This document shows positions 13,490 through 27,300 of a stretch of DNA of 64,000 nt, in pieces. A program made the position numbers and the translations under genes. The notes beneath the pieces were generated by a model that saw only the letters and a list, made by a program, of their open reading frames with translations, did not search any database and was not told the DNA's origin. The DNA lies in the NCBI GenBank assembly GCA_951406725.2, contig OX597816.1, forward strand, positions 36,704,001-36,768,000, read 5' to 3'. This DNA is from Octopus vulgaris (lineage: Eukaryota). Positions within the stretch are counted from its first letter, which is position 1. The number at the start of each line of letters is the position of its first letter.

Positions 13490-13645
13490 TATATTATATT
13501 CTGTTGTGTCTGGGGAGAGTCATCCTCTTTTAGTGCCTTATTATTTAACACACTCACCGGTAAAATTTCCACTTATTTCTTATTTTTATTCTCTAGAATT
13601 TTCGTTGCGTGTTGCAACCTTTTCAATAGTCTTGACTATAAAAAG
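13490..13645 (-). mobile_element. Short pLTR-like repeat fragment carrying a variant hammerhead
   Basis: Carries the motif at 13593-13629 and ends in a short foldback (tttcaatagtc/gactataaaa). Confidence 0.5.
13593..13629 (-). ncRNA. Minimal type I hammerhead ribozyme, U3-A8 core variant
   Basis: Minus strand: CTA TTGAAAA g GTTGC aacac GCAAC GAAA ATTC TAG; stem I CUA/UAG, stem II 5 bp, palindromic AATT stem III, UUC site. Confidence 0.65.
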
Positions 13646-13816
13646 AATATGCTTCAACGCACGAACTCATATAAAGAATCTTGCAAACCAAAACCAGAGA
13701 CGAAATATATTATATTGTTATCCTCTTAACATTATTACTCTTAACTTTTTCTCTCAAATACAGATAAATTTGGGCGTCTGCTTTATTCAATTTCATCAGG
13801 TGTTATCGTTGCTATA

Positions 13817-13849
<33 letters not shown>

Positions 13850-14710
13850 ATTGCTGTTGGCGTTTTTGTTGTTATTTTTGTCGTTGATATTACTGCAGTC
13901 ATTCAGCCGTTCGCACAAACCTTTGATAGAAAGCTTTCCAGTTTTAGACCTAATGCATCTAGGACGGCATTATAGCGCGAATTCTTCGCCTTTTTGCGAT
14001 ATCAATGTATGATATGAAAGAGACGTCTCTGTTAGGTGTTTACTACCATGTCAGCTGAGAGTGTTCAAACTCAAGTCTGAACGACGTCCTAACGGTGACC
14101 ATTCTATTGTCTCAGAATGTATATTTCAGATGTACCCTTCCTTTGTAATGACAATACCGTCTGATAGAAATTTTGTTTATTCTTGAATGTTTTCGAAACT
14201 ACATGTCGACATTTACGGATTTTATAGAAAAAAATATTCCATTCGTAGATTTAGTAATATGTGTTTTGTGCGTCTGCCAGGTCCAAAAGTCTTTTATAGT
14301 CATATGACTTGTATGGAAGAGATGATACATTCATTTCAATTGAAGTAAATATATTACGTGTCACTGTTCCATCAGTAAGACAAGGATAAAAGGTAATGTT
14401 AAGTTCAATTGTATTTCAAATCAGAAACTAGAAATAAAGAAGTTGAATACTGAAGTAGATTTGTCCAAGGCGTTTGTTGTGTCTGCCAACAGAAGAAAAA
14501 AAATTGTCAGTCTCAGAGAACGGCAATGCCAAGCACGACTTATAATCAATCAGTGACATTTACTTACTGAACATTTATATAATAAATAACAACCTAAAAT
14601 CTTTAAAAGATAGTCTAACCGCCATAGACTACAACCACTCTTACATCACATACACACGCACACAAACACACACACACACACACTCGAACACACAAACTCA
14701 CATATATATA

Positions 14711-14752
<42 letters not shown>

Positions 14753-14789
14753 TTTATATATATATATATAAATATATATATATATGTAT

Positions 14790-14835
<46 letters not shown>

Positions 14836-14845
14836 ACACACACAT

Positions 14846-14900
<55 letters not shown>

Positions 14901-14902
<2 letters not shown>

Positions 14903-15010
14903 AATTAGAGATAAAACCACTATTAGACAAATCAAGCAGTGAAAAACATAAACCAAAACATAGAAATGAAATTAATTAATTTGCCAAATAGTGGTTTTAT
15001 CTCTAATTTA
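14901..15010. repeat. ~32 bp inverted repeat between TA arrays
   Basis: taaattagagataaaaccactatt(14901-) pairs with aatagtggttttatctctaattta(-15010). Confidence 0.8.
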
Positions 15011-16429
15011 ATTTATATTTACACTGTAAAATTAGATTTAATCCTAAATCTAATTTTTCCCTGTAAGTTTGGATTTACTCCCTAATATTATTATATATAT
15101 ATATATGAGTTATTTTCCACTTTTATCTGTTTGAGTCAGTAGCGCCTTGACCGTAATATAATGCGTTCAAGTGGATTCTTTGATAATTCTAAATTTCCAA
15201 TCCGCGAGGTAATTTTTCGGTTAATATTTAGTTGGGAAGGCTAGATGAACTCAGGACACGCGACTCTTTCATATCCCTTTTAGTAATGCTAATTGGATGT
15301 CTCCTTGATATCTTTAATCCATCTACAGCATCGAAGAATTTCAAAAATAAGATGCTCCCGTGAAAAAGACATCAGGATCTTAGACTAGAGAATGGAATCT
15401 CTTTGTAAGCAACCCTTTTTAAGTGTGTCACAATTTCCGTCTATTTTCTGTCTAGAATGTCGGCATATGCTATTTGAATATCATCCCAGATATGGCAGAG
15501 TACTCTATTACAGGCCTCACTTAAATTCTTTGGAAAGTTAGTATCTACTGCTAAAATACTTTGTATCTCCAAAGAGAAAAGCCTCTTTTTGATAGCAGTG
15601 AGTTTCGTCGGGGATTTTGAGACCTAGCATTTCTAGGAATCATGAGAGTTCTAGAATTATGATGTTCAATTTTAGGTGGTATGAGAAGTAATAATAATTT
15701 CTTGAAAAGTTAATTTTGCCTTGTTAGTAATACGTAGCTCAGATATTATATATTGGATAGAGTTTTCTTGTTCTCTGCTCGTGGACTCCTGGCAAATTTG
15801 GCGTGATTTCTTGTGGATAGATGACACATTGAAAGATTGGTTTAATTTGTATAGATGCTAGAGTTATTGCATGGGACGACAATTAACTAATTGACGTATA
15901 GCAATAATAGATGCAATTATAGATAAAATTGATTCTTCAATTATGCCATTATCAATACAGTATTGATCAGAGATAGATCCACCAGCACAGGCTACGACAT
16001 AAATCGACCAATATACGAAACGAGTGCTAGATAGTGTACATGGTTGGGAAATTTAATCATACAGTGTGTGCTTAATCTGTGTTTAATATGTGTTTATTAT
16101 TGGAATTTAAATATCAATATTAAATATATGTTCGCGCTATTTCATACGAAGTATACAAGAGTAATAACATGATCTATAAATTAATAATGTGGAATGTTCA
16201 AGGTGGCCAATTTATTCATGCAAAATGACTCAAACAATCATATAATAAGAGACAGCTGCTTTGAATAACAACAGATTCATATTATTACAATGTAGAAATG
16301 TCTCGAGTCAGTATCCATAAATAATACTTTAAAGCCGAAATCCAGATAGCAAAAAGTTTATCATTCACATGATTTGCGAAATTAACGTCATTAACGTATG
16401 ACATATATGATCATAAATATCACTGAATG

Positions 16430-16514
<85 letters not shown>

Positions 16515-16562
16515 TATACATACACATACATATATGTGTGAGGGGTGTAGCCTTTGAATTGA

Positions 16563-16725
16563 TTCAGTCATTTGACTGCGGCCATGCTGGAGCGCCGCCT
16601 TTAATCGAACCCAGGACTTATTCTTTGTAAGCCTAGTACTTATTCTATCGGCCCCGGCCCCTTTTGCCGAACCGCTAAGTTACGGTTGTCAAGCGCTAGT
16701 TGATGAACAAATACAGATATACAAA
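16563..16725 (-). mobile_element. SINE family A 3' half
   Basis: ttcagtcatttgactgcggccatgctggagc...aagcctagtacttattctatcgg...ccgaaccgctaagttacgg. Confidence 0.85.
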
Positions 16726-16891
16726 CGTCCACACACAACTCAACTTGTCTCATATATATCACTGTAAGAACTAGTATATCTGAAGCCCATCCACGGGTTT
16801 ACAATTTACAATTGTGGTGAACCATAACTTTGAACCCCACCAAAATATTACTTAGAGTTCTTCACTAATCTAAGTAATATTGTTAAACTTT

Positions 16892-18180
16892 CCCTCCACT
16901 AATCTTCTATAGAACGCCTTCGTGAAGTTGAAGTAGCACAAGCTTGATCCCGGACGGCAGAGTTGCTCGAGAGCATAGCAATTCTCGCGGTGCCATTCTC
17001 CCAGCCTCGACCTCTGTCTGATCCACGATTGCAGTTCGGACAAAGAAACGAGCTGCTAGAAAGCGCGTCTCACAAAGGGTGACCGCACCTGTTGACCGTC
17101 GTCTATGAAACGCTGGAGATTTTGCAGTCTCAGCGTATGCCTGCGCGTCATTGACCACAGCATGACAAGCCCTCCATTTAGAGGATGTTGGTAGCAAATG
17201 GAGCGCCTGACCATCGGTACGCTTCCCTTCTACAAAAACCGGAAGTGTATGCCATCCAGTTTTGTGATGGTAGGGTTGGGACAAGGCACGACGGTCAAAC
17301 GCTATTAGATGACGGATACGATATTTGCATTCGTCATCTCAGTCCAACCTTTTAGATATAGCTTCATCTCGGCCCATTGCTGGTTGAGAGTGGCCACCCT
17401 ACACGTTATCTCGTCCAAGTTCTTCTCTATTTGGTTGTCTTGACCGAATCAGACAATGAGCAATTTAATCGGTCCGTCGGTCTAGTGTCCTACGATGGAA
17501 ACACAGTTTTAACGGCATGAGCTTGCTTCTCCAGGTGCCGAGCCGCAAGCCCACTAACTTTTCAGGATTAAGTTTCGCTCTCTTTACCAATTTGTATTCA
17601 TTTGGTGAATCGCCGACCAGGTTGATATGCCTGTGGCTCGACACTCTGACGGTGACATCGTTCACGTATGCAGACACGCACCTCCCTCGTCCAGTTCTCG
17701 CGAGATCCCCCTCAGCGTCGCCAGCTTCCAAAGCAGTGGTTCTAGAGACAATACATAATGAAGCGACGAGAGGAGGCGTCCTTGATTGATCAAACGCGTG
17801 GTGTTAAATAGTCTGGATAGATCATCATTTACGCGAACTACCGAGCGGATGCCGCTGTATAAAGTAGCGATCCAACCGCGGAAGTCGGGACCGAAACTAG
17901 CAGCACTAAAGACAGCCTCTATGTATCAATCGTCGACCCTATCGAAAGCTTTTGATTGATCCAAATTGATCTGCGCCACACCTATGCCAGGTGCCTGAAC
18001 TACACTTTCTATGATGTAGCGCATCACATGAAGGTTGTCATGGATACTTCTGCTCGGCACAGTGCCTTGTCGACTAGTTTCTCGATGACAAGCGCGATAC
18101 TCGGCTAGCACCATTGCTAAAATCTTCAAATCAGCGTTGAGGAGCGTGGTGGGCCGGAAATTATCTATAACGTCTCCCTG
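16892..18180 (-). mobile_element. Decayed Tx1/L1-clade LINE, reverse transcriptase region
   Basis: ORFs give DNFRPTTLLNADLKILA, RSIHDNL, LDQSKAFDRVD and SAYVNDV (eroded YADD), with frameshifts and stops. Confidence 0.85.
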
Positions 18181-18505
18181 GTTAGCGTTAGGGTTAAGGT
18201 TTAGGGTTAGGATTAGGGATTTTGGGTTAGGGTTGTCATAAATAACAAAATATACACTGCCGAAAGTTCTTGTTGACAAACAGCAGCAGTAATTTTATTC
18301 AGCTGAATATAGGTCATTGATTGGTTGAAATTACCGAAATACGACAACTTTAACGTGAAATAACTTCGTAAATATAAACTTTTCTCAAAAACGCTAAGTT
18401 TAAAAGATATTTTATATGACACATTTTGCCAGTGTCCGAACTTTGAAAGTGTTTAGTTAAAAAAAAAAAACTTTTTAAATCTGTCGGTCAAAAGGTAAAG
18501 ATCCT
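18181..18505. mobile_element. Non-autonomous element with internal telomere-like (TTAGGG)n, possibly Helentron/HINE-like
   Basis: Degenerate gttagggttaaggtttagggttagg... at 18181-18234, AT-rich body, ends ggtaaagatcc next to a T run. Confidence 0.45.
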
Positions 18506-18755
18506 AATTTTTTTGCTAATGTCTTCCGAAATACTTACTAGAGTGATGAGTTTTATAATTGTACCTTCCTTGAATAAAAGCGATCTGGGTTCGATCAATT
18601 GTTGCGGTGTGAATCAAACTATTTGCTTTCTTTGCCTCAGAATTGAAACAAAGTTGCTTTGTGTGTTCGTGTTGTTGATGGTGGTGATGGTGGTGGTGGT
18701 GGTGGTGGTGGTGGTGGTGGTGGTGGTGGTGGTGGCAGCGACGGTATGAATTTAT

Positions 18756-18993
18756 AAGGCGGCGAGCTGGCAGAAACGTTAGCACGCCGGGTGAAATGCT
18801 TTGCGGTATTTCGTCTGTCGTTACGTTCTGAGTTCAAATTCCGCCGAGGTCGACTTTGCCTTTCATCCTTTCGGGGTCGATAAATTAAGTACCAGTTACG
18901 CACTGGGGTCGATATAATCGACTTAATACCTATGTCTGTCCTTGTTTGTCCCCTCTATGTTTAGACCCTTGTGGGTAATAAAGAAATAGGTAT
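18756..18993 (+). mobile_element. tRNA-derived SINE family B (OR2-like)
   Basis: aaggcggcgagctggcagaa...gagttcaaattcc (B box)...gcctttcatcctttcggggtcgataaattaagtaccag conserved central domain; multiple copies in window. Confidence 0.88.
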
Positions 18994-19439
18994 GAATAGA
19001 TGTATACCCATTGTTGCTAATTTCCTTCCCTACTTTGTTTGAAGGATCGCTAGTGTCACAAACTGGGACAACGTTGTTTGACTCTGTGTGTGTGAGCTTA
19101 AGTTCTTGCTTTTTTCCTTCCTCCCAGCGTCTGTTAACGGGGAAACGGCAATTACTTTGAAATGGAAGGGGACGCTTGTATCCCCAGAAAAGCTATTCAT
19201 TTTCAGCATAGATTGAAAAAACAGAATTTATGAAATTTAAAATGTGAAAATATACCCTCAAAGGATGGACTTTCGTGAGAGGGACTTGCTCACACAAATG
19301 TTGTTACCCAACTATTTACATAAATTCCATATAAATACGCATCAGTGAAAACGACAAATTTTTAGACATAGGCAGACGAAAACGACAACAGCCAATCAGA
19401 TAGATAGCTGGCTCTCTAGCTAGCTAGCTATCAAGAAAG

Positions 19440-19731
<292 letters not shown>

Positions 19732-19904
19732 ACATTGATGATCTAGGAGAGTGAAACTCAAAACTTCTCTCCCTAATCATTCGCCAGGTTAGCAACCAAC
19801 TTGCTTTCACAAAATCTGTTGTACATGTATTGTTTCTAGCAGTTTGAGGCTAACACTGAGAGTACTTAGTCCATTCCACTACAAGTATTGTGAATAATAT
19901 ATAT

Positions 19905-20048
19905 GCTGGTGTGTAGTAAATAGCTCGCTTACCAACCACATGGTTCCAGGTTCAGTGGCACCTTGAGCAGGTGTCTTGTACTATAAGTCTCGGGCCGAGC
20001 AAATCCCTCTAAGTGGATTTGATAGATGGAAATTGAAAGGAGCCAATC

Positions 20049-20050
<2 letters not shown>
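19905..20050 (+). mobile_element. SINE family A 5' half
   Basis: gtgtagtaaatagctcgcttaccaaccacatggttccaggttcag...gtggatttgatagatggaaattgaaagg. Confidence 0.8.
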
Positions 20051-20134
<84 letters not shown>

Positions 20135-20136
<2 letters not shown>

Positions 20137-20265
20137 GATGGTCTTCTTTCCCTTTCCTTCAACCAATTCCACTCACAAGGCTTTGTTGGGCCCGAGGCTA
20201 TAGTAGAAGACACCTGTCAAAGTTGTGATACAGTGGGACTGAACCCCGAACCATGTAGCTGGTAA
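20135..20265 (-). mobile_element. SINE family A 5' half (opposite orientation)
   Basis: ccactcacaaggctttgttgggcccgaggctatagtagaagacac...gtgggactgaaccccgaaccatgt. Confidence 0.8.
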
Positions 20266-21176
20266 TAATAACTAATGACTTCTTCAATTTTGATTGAGTT
20301 TTAAATTTAAACCATTTCAAATTTTGAATGAAACAACAAGAAGTTTCCAGCAAAAGAATTGTAACCTAAAGTTGTATTTGAAATTTGGAAAAAAACTCGA
20401 AGTAAAAACGCAGAAAGCTCCAAGAAATTTACCACCAGAATTCAAAGAAACTTGCACGGCTAGCGAGCTTTGATATAAGAATCTCAAAATCAAGTATCCA
20501 TCATGTTTTGAAACACTGCCGTTGGAAAAGTTAGATTCTCAGAATAGTCAAAGCTTTCAATTAACATGATGGGTGCCGAAGAGTAGAGTTATGCGACGTC
20601 AACTTGTCAAGATGTGTAGAAGTTACACACACTCCAACAAAGATTGTTTAGCGTAATGATGCCTCAACTTCATCTAGTAGGGACCTGAGAAAGCACATAA
20701 CACGGTGTTACAGTTATAGTATGGTACACCTTAACATCGAAATGATTATTTGGACCATACGCCTTTGACAGTATTGTAACTTGTCCCGTTGAATTTAGAT
20801 TTGCTGCGAAAATGTTGAGTTCAATTTCTAGGAATATAAAGCACCGGCACTAAGATAGTAGGGTGCAGACCTATTCTGAAGGCCAGATGGACTGGTTCAA
20901 AGTGTTCGTAAGGGATATTGATGGAGTTACTTAACAGATACAGATTCCAGCACAAAAACAACAACCCTATAACAGAAGGCAGTCATTTAACGAGGATTCC
21001 TCACGAATACCACAACAAATGTTTCTAAAACTTTTCGATTCCGTTGCTTGCCTGAAACAGAACGGTGATTAATTGAAAACAGATATTCATAAAACAAATC
21101 GTTTTGACCTTCGAACTGGCCGGTCAGTCTAAGGAATACTCTGTTCGGTGTTCGCGCGATTGCAGCACCCATCAGA

Positions 21177-21223
<47 letters not shown>

Positions 21224-21544
21224 ACAATTCTCTACCAGTGTGGCTTTTGCAAGTTTGGTAATTATTGGAGAAAATTTTATATGATGAAGGATAGAAATGT
21301 ATGCAAAACGTACTTGAGATTGGCTTGTAAATGTATTTCTCGTGTTTATTCACATTATTTAATGCTAAAATGCAAAGCCAGCTTTCTTCACAGCAATATT
21401 CATACCGTGAAATTGAATTTGGAGACTAGCCAAAGGACAACTCTCAATATCAAACATTATACGTATGTATGTATGTATGTATGTATGTATGTATGTATGT
21501 ACAGTCATAGGATATTAAACCATTCATTATATTTATATACACAC

Positions 21545-21589
<45 letters not shown>

Positions 21590-24500
21590 CATATATATGT
21601 TTACTTGAAGGAAAATGACGTTTGTTGATAATGTCTGTCTTTTACCAGAAGTGTGCACAAACTCATTGCTACAAATATAACGTCTGGAGTGATACAAATG
21701 TGTGAAAGATGCAAATGAAAATGCTATCAACCAATAGTACAACTAACCTATCTGATAATTGCTCTTGGAAAATTGCTTTTCGAATTGTATAAACTCGAAA
21801 ATGTAGATACTATAAACTACATAGTAAATGAGAAACCGATCAAATTGAACAGATGTTTTCCCTCTTGCCTTAACCACTACGGAATCTCTGAGACAGAGGA
21901 AACATCAGTGACATATATCTTTTCCCAGAGATACAGTCCCACTAATGCTATGCTACAGTTCAGCGACAACTTCTCCTGTTAACCTACTGTAAAATGAGAC
22001 GTTATGGATAGCAAAACTCTCTAATCAGTGCCAATAGATGCACTAGAGACGCAATCCCTGAAATGAAACACCTCCAAGTCTCAAATTTCATTGCTTTTTT
22101 TTTCTATGTTTATGCTACGAATTCATATAATATATGATAATCTGCTATTATTTCTCGACAATTTTCTTCACACCCTCCAACTACGCTGTAATGCATATAC
22201 TCTGTAGACGATCTTCAGAAAACAATACGAAACACTTCGATGTATATTTAATTAGGAAGACGTTTCTGCTTCCCAACGAATGGTTGGGATTGAATAGCAA
22301 GATCCCCCAACTCATACTCAGGGTCCCAATCTCACTTGAACTGAAGCATGCACATCGCCTGATCGATATGAAAACAACTCATATTTGTTTTTCACTTCCA
22401 AAGAAAACGTAATAGCATTCCTAAAATGTTTGCAGAGAACCGACAGAATGAATGACTTCAGAACAGGTCAGCAAAAAGGTCTAATTTCGAGGAAGTCCTC
22501 TAAGGCAAGGCTGACGTGTAAATGTTTCGGCTGATTACTACTTAACCCCCTTCTAGTCCCCCTTCTAGTCGACTCGCTCCAGGGCCGTTTCTGTTCATCC
22601 AGTTTCGCTTCATTGAGACAGAATAGCATTACTATTTGCCTCATTAAAGTTTTCGATGTTGCGTAGCCAGATTCGTGACAAAATCTGCTCTGATCAGTAG
22701 TGAAAGGTTTTAAAAATGTATGCTCCTCAACTTGGCCTTAACGTGCAAATCAGACTTAACGTAGCTGAGTACGCTGTCACGTAGCCCATCGAGTATGCAC
22801 CTCCAATCATCGAATATGGACATCCACTCATCGAGCATACACCTCCACTTCTTCTTGCTTTCTCATAAATTTGTTTATGCGATAGGTTTTTTTTAAAGTT
22901 TTTACATACCTATATCATAAATGCATCCATATGCCCAATAGTATATCTTACTGGTGCTGACAACATGATGCCCGACGCATCAGTATCAAGTTATTGTCAG
23001 TCTTTTTGTTAACTCTTCACAACATTGCACGCTCAACATGTTGACTTTGAACGTCTGGCATGTGGATCACGAGACACTGGGTGGGAAAGTTGAATCCACG
23101 TAGATGGCACGTACAGCACCATCAACTGTTGCCAATTTTATGATAAAAACCTGCTTCTCGTTCATCTCACCCTAAGAAAAGTAACCATACTCGGAACTCG
23201 CCGAGTAACTCGAAAATCGGCCCAGAATTCATGGAATCGAGAGAGAAGGAGTTGGTAAAGTTGACTAAGATATTGTACTAATTGAAACTCATTCTGCCCT
23301 ACTATTACTAAAGAATTGCTTCGAGCTACTAAGTTCCACTTTTTGTAACTCAGTATACCATGCTGACAGCAATCAGAGCGTATTGATTGTATCAAATATA
23401 TATTTCGCTTGTGTGTGAAATTCAGTTGTTGTACCTGTGACTAAATTAAACGTCCCGTGAGTATCAGCATCCCTGGTGGTCCCCGCCATGCGCTCTGTAA
23501 AGAATCCCCAAGTCCTCCACAACGCATCGTAGCAGAATGAGGACAGTGAGTTTGAGACAGCACAAGCAGTTAGTAATTACTAACATTTCGCTGTCCCCTA
23601 GAATGCAACCAGTGAATAAAAACAAGGCAACATCAAATGAATTCCCAACACTACAAGATTAAAATCCCTCCTCGAATAAAATCACTTGCCTATGGGATGC
23701 CTCGAAACCAAACATCGTTTTCTATCTCAAAGTTGTTCCCTCTTCATCAACGGGTACTCATCTCGAAGACGAGTGAGCAAACATTGCGGTTGACCTAGGC
23801 CTTGCTCTCAATTTGTCTAAGTCACCTAAATGTGTCGCCTCTTGTGAGAGACAGTCCGTAATCTTCCTGCCCATGCCCTTATTATCAAAATGCAAAACAC
23901 TTCCTGCACCACACTGCATCTTTAGGAGGCTATTAAATGGTGCGTTTGTGGCTTCAAGTTTCCTATCACAACTGGAGAATGAATTCGACAGCGGCAATGA
24001 CAAGCGTCCGAAGAAGAAACAATGTGTTTGTGTAAGACGTGTTTGTGTAATACATATGTAATGTATTTATATAGTGTAAGACATTCTATAATACAGAGTT
24101 TATCAATTCGGTCACAATCTTGGGATCTGCGTCGGCTTGGCGGAGAAGGGGAAGATCACTAAATACAAGTCATTCCTTTTTGTACCGGCGTCTGATGAGA
24201 CATCAGATGTTCTCTCCCCAAGCTGGACTACCGCTCCCATTCACCAAATTAGAGTTAAGACGTCGTGACTGAGAAGATAAACGATATTTGTAATGTAGTT
24301 TTGCTGTTTTACACGCGCATCATAACTGAGAAAAATTATTCAACAGACAATATAATATTTGTATTTGTCTGTAAAGAAACGTGAAATCTAATTGTATTTT
24401 CAATAATGAATAGTTAAATATTATGTATTACGTTAAATATAATCGTTCCCTAATCATTTTGGTGTTCGTTCTTGAGGTCGACATAGAAATTTAATAAACC

Positions 24501-27089
24501 AGCCTGATCTATGTGATTGTTCGTTATTCAAGAACTAGTAGCCAAATCTCCTTCAAATTCTCAAGTCTGTCCTGAGTAGTCTTGCACATATGCATAAGAC
24601 CAAAATTATGAGTCGCTTGGTCAGTCAATTTACATGGTGCAGCGCATGACGAGTACTTACGTTTTTCAAATGCTGAAGACGACTCTCTATCGATTCTACC
24701 AATACACCTCGCTATCTTTTAAATAGCAACAGATAAGATATTCGTGCATACATAGAAAAAACGAGATGGATGCGGTCTGAAGGCATCTGATAATAGTTCT
24801 GCTCAAACAAGTTATTATTTCTCTAACTAACAGCATATATGGCTGAGAGTTTGCAAGTAAGTTATATGACATAATCCAACGTCGCTTTTCACTTATGATA
24901 TGACATCTAAAACAACCGTTCAGTTGTATTGGCTTGGATATTATGCGTACTATTACAATTAAGTAGCAATATTCAGTTTCGGAAGTGATCGGATATAATC
25001 TTCTATATGCCTGTTTGCTCTAAAATACCTTCTTAAACTTGTATAAAGTACTTGCATGACCTGATCACATGCGTCCAAAAAGCAAATAATAGGAATTCTA
25101 CGTAACGGATATCACTCAGCTTAGTTTTATTGTGACAAAGAACAGCATTAACTATTTTCGTGGTTCTGCAGATAAAATGAAAATAGTCAATGACTTTCCA
25201 ATAGTTGATTCCGTCAACATAAACAGTATGCACCCAAAATGAACAATTTAATTCTGGATATTATGACTCTATCTACGGAAATGTGCTCTGCTATATAACT
25301 TATAATTTAAAATAAATCTTATAATTTGATTTAATACAACCTAAAGTTCGATTTACACACAATCAATTTTAATTAACGTACTTTTGACATTGATTAGAAT
25401 TGTATCATTCTTCTGGGGCTTTTTAGCACAAAATCAGCACTGATTCAACCTACATACCCATCACACATTTTTGTGAGACTTCTATCTACATCTATATTAT
25501 CTATAAAGTTGCTCATTAATGCGTTAATATCATTTAAGGATATATTTAGCCATTATCTCTAACAGGTAAAGAGGTTTTCCTTAGGAACTCTCTGTGATGT
25601 GCTGTCTTATTTGCAACACTGACTACATAAATATACTTATTTTACTCTAGATAGACAAACGTCTTATTTTAGTTCTACCCGAGAAAACGTACTTAGTCCA
25701 ACTTTATATAAAGCAAATTCAAATTCCTTATACAGCGATTTCTACTTCAATGAATACAGAATAGTTTCATAATTCGAATCACTAAATTGTTTTCTAAACT
25801 TGCCACCATTTAGTAACAGCTATTTAACCGGTTAATTGAATAAGAAAACAACTTAAATCTGGCTTAAATACAAAATTATTATTCTAATTAAAAGTAAATA
25901 ATTTGAGAGATGCATCATACGATTAGACACTGATTTGATATAAAGTGACTTTGGAAAATTCTTCATTGATGATGATATATGAAGATTTAAAATAAGGAAA
26001 AAGATATGTTTTGTTGAGTGCTAAAGAAAAGGGCTGTGCCCATTGGTTTCACATGCTTGCTAGGACAGGTGATGCCATAGTGGTAATAGTCCTCTAGAAT
26101 ATCTAAGTTATCTACAGGAAAAAAAAAACAGTAATACAGTTTTTGTTTCAGAGTTAATGTCCTGTAAAGAATTAAAAGGCAAATGATTTCCCGAAGGAAA
26201 TTTGCCAAGCGCTGGACAATACATGAAGAAGACTAATCCGTGTATATCGTGATTCATCAGCATATTGATTACAATAGCATAGCACTAAAAAAGGCAGAAT
26301 GAAAACAAATCTGTGCTCTGAGTCATAGATTTAACTGTGTCGGTGAACCACTTTATGTCAATCAAATGCGTGATTATTTTAATGTAACGTAGAATATATG
26401 TAAGTATATATGCATTATTTCATCAATACCAATATTTAAAGAAGATCTGGGAAAATATGCCATTGTAAGTTTTCATCTGAGCTTTGTAGGTCAGTAATTT
26501 TTATAGGCTAAATGAATTTCTGGACCTGTGGACGGTGAGTGGGGGAGTTGGATGCGGCTTACTGGTTGCAACCCAGCACACCGCTGCCAACTCATGTCAA
26601 TTGTCAGACTTTATAATTTTACTTTCTTTTACTCTAAATGAAATAAATATAATACATTAAAAAATGCAGGTTAAAGTATTGATAAAGCAATAAAAGTATC
26701 AATATTTTGGAAAACATACAAATTATTCAAAGGAACTAGAGTATCTATGTCAATATTTATATTTGATCAGGTCACTTATTTTTGGAGATGTGAAGAAATA
26801 GACAATTACTTTTCAAGTGTCAATATTCTAATAAAAATATGAATAAAGCATAATTTTAGTAACTTTTAAATAGTATGCTATTTGGCAAGTCTTAATTTGA
26901 AGAAGAGCTTAGAATGTTCATATTGTAAGCTGCTTAAGAATGAACTTCTTCGCTCTAGTAACAACTATTTTGATGAAGATAGAAATGTACATACATTTTG
27001 GCAGATATGTTTTTACAAGTATAAATATTTTTGCAGTAATTGATTTCTTATTTGCAACTTTTACTAAAAACAAAAATCAATCAATCAAT

Positions 27090-27300
27090 TTGTTTTCAAA
27101 TTTTGGCACAGACGCCAGTCACTTCGGGGGAGGGAGTAAGTCGACTACATCGATCCCCAGTACTCAACAGGTATTTATGTTATCGACCTCGAAAGAGAAA
27201 CAAGCAAAGTCGATCTCGGAATTTGAATCCAGAACGTAAAAATGGACGAAATGCCGTTAAGCATTTCGTCTGGCCTGCTAACGATTTTCTCCAGATCGCC
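27090..27300 (-). mobile_element. SINE family B
   Basis: ttatcgacctcgaaag...aaagtcgatctcggaatttgaatccagaacgtaa...gacgaaatgccg is the reverse complement of the family B head. Confidence 0.8.

Noticed and set aside
20300-21450. Possible Tc1-like transposase relic (LFGPYAFD)
   Set aside because: Single eroded motif; boundaries and catalytic residues not recoverable by eye
24192-24215. CTGATGA hammerhead core
   Set aside because: No GAAA or stem III follows; only a simple hairpin
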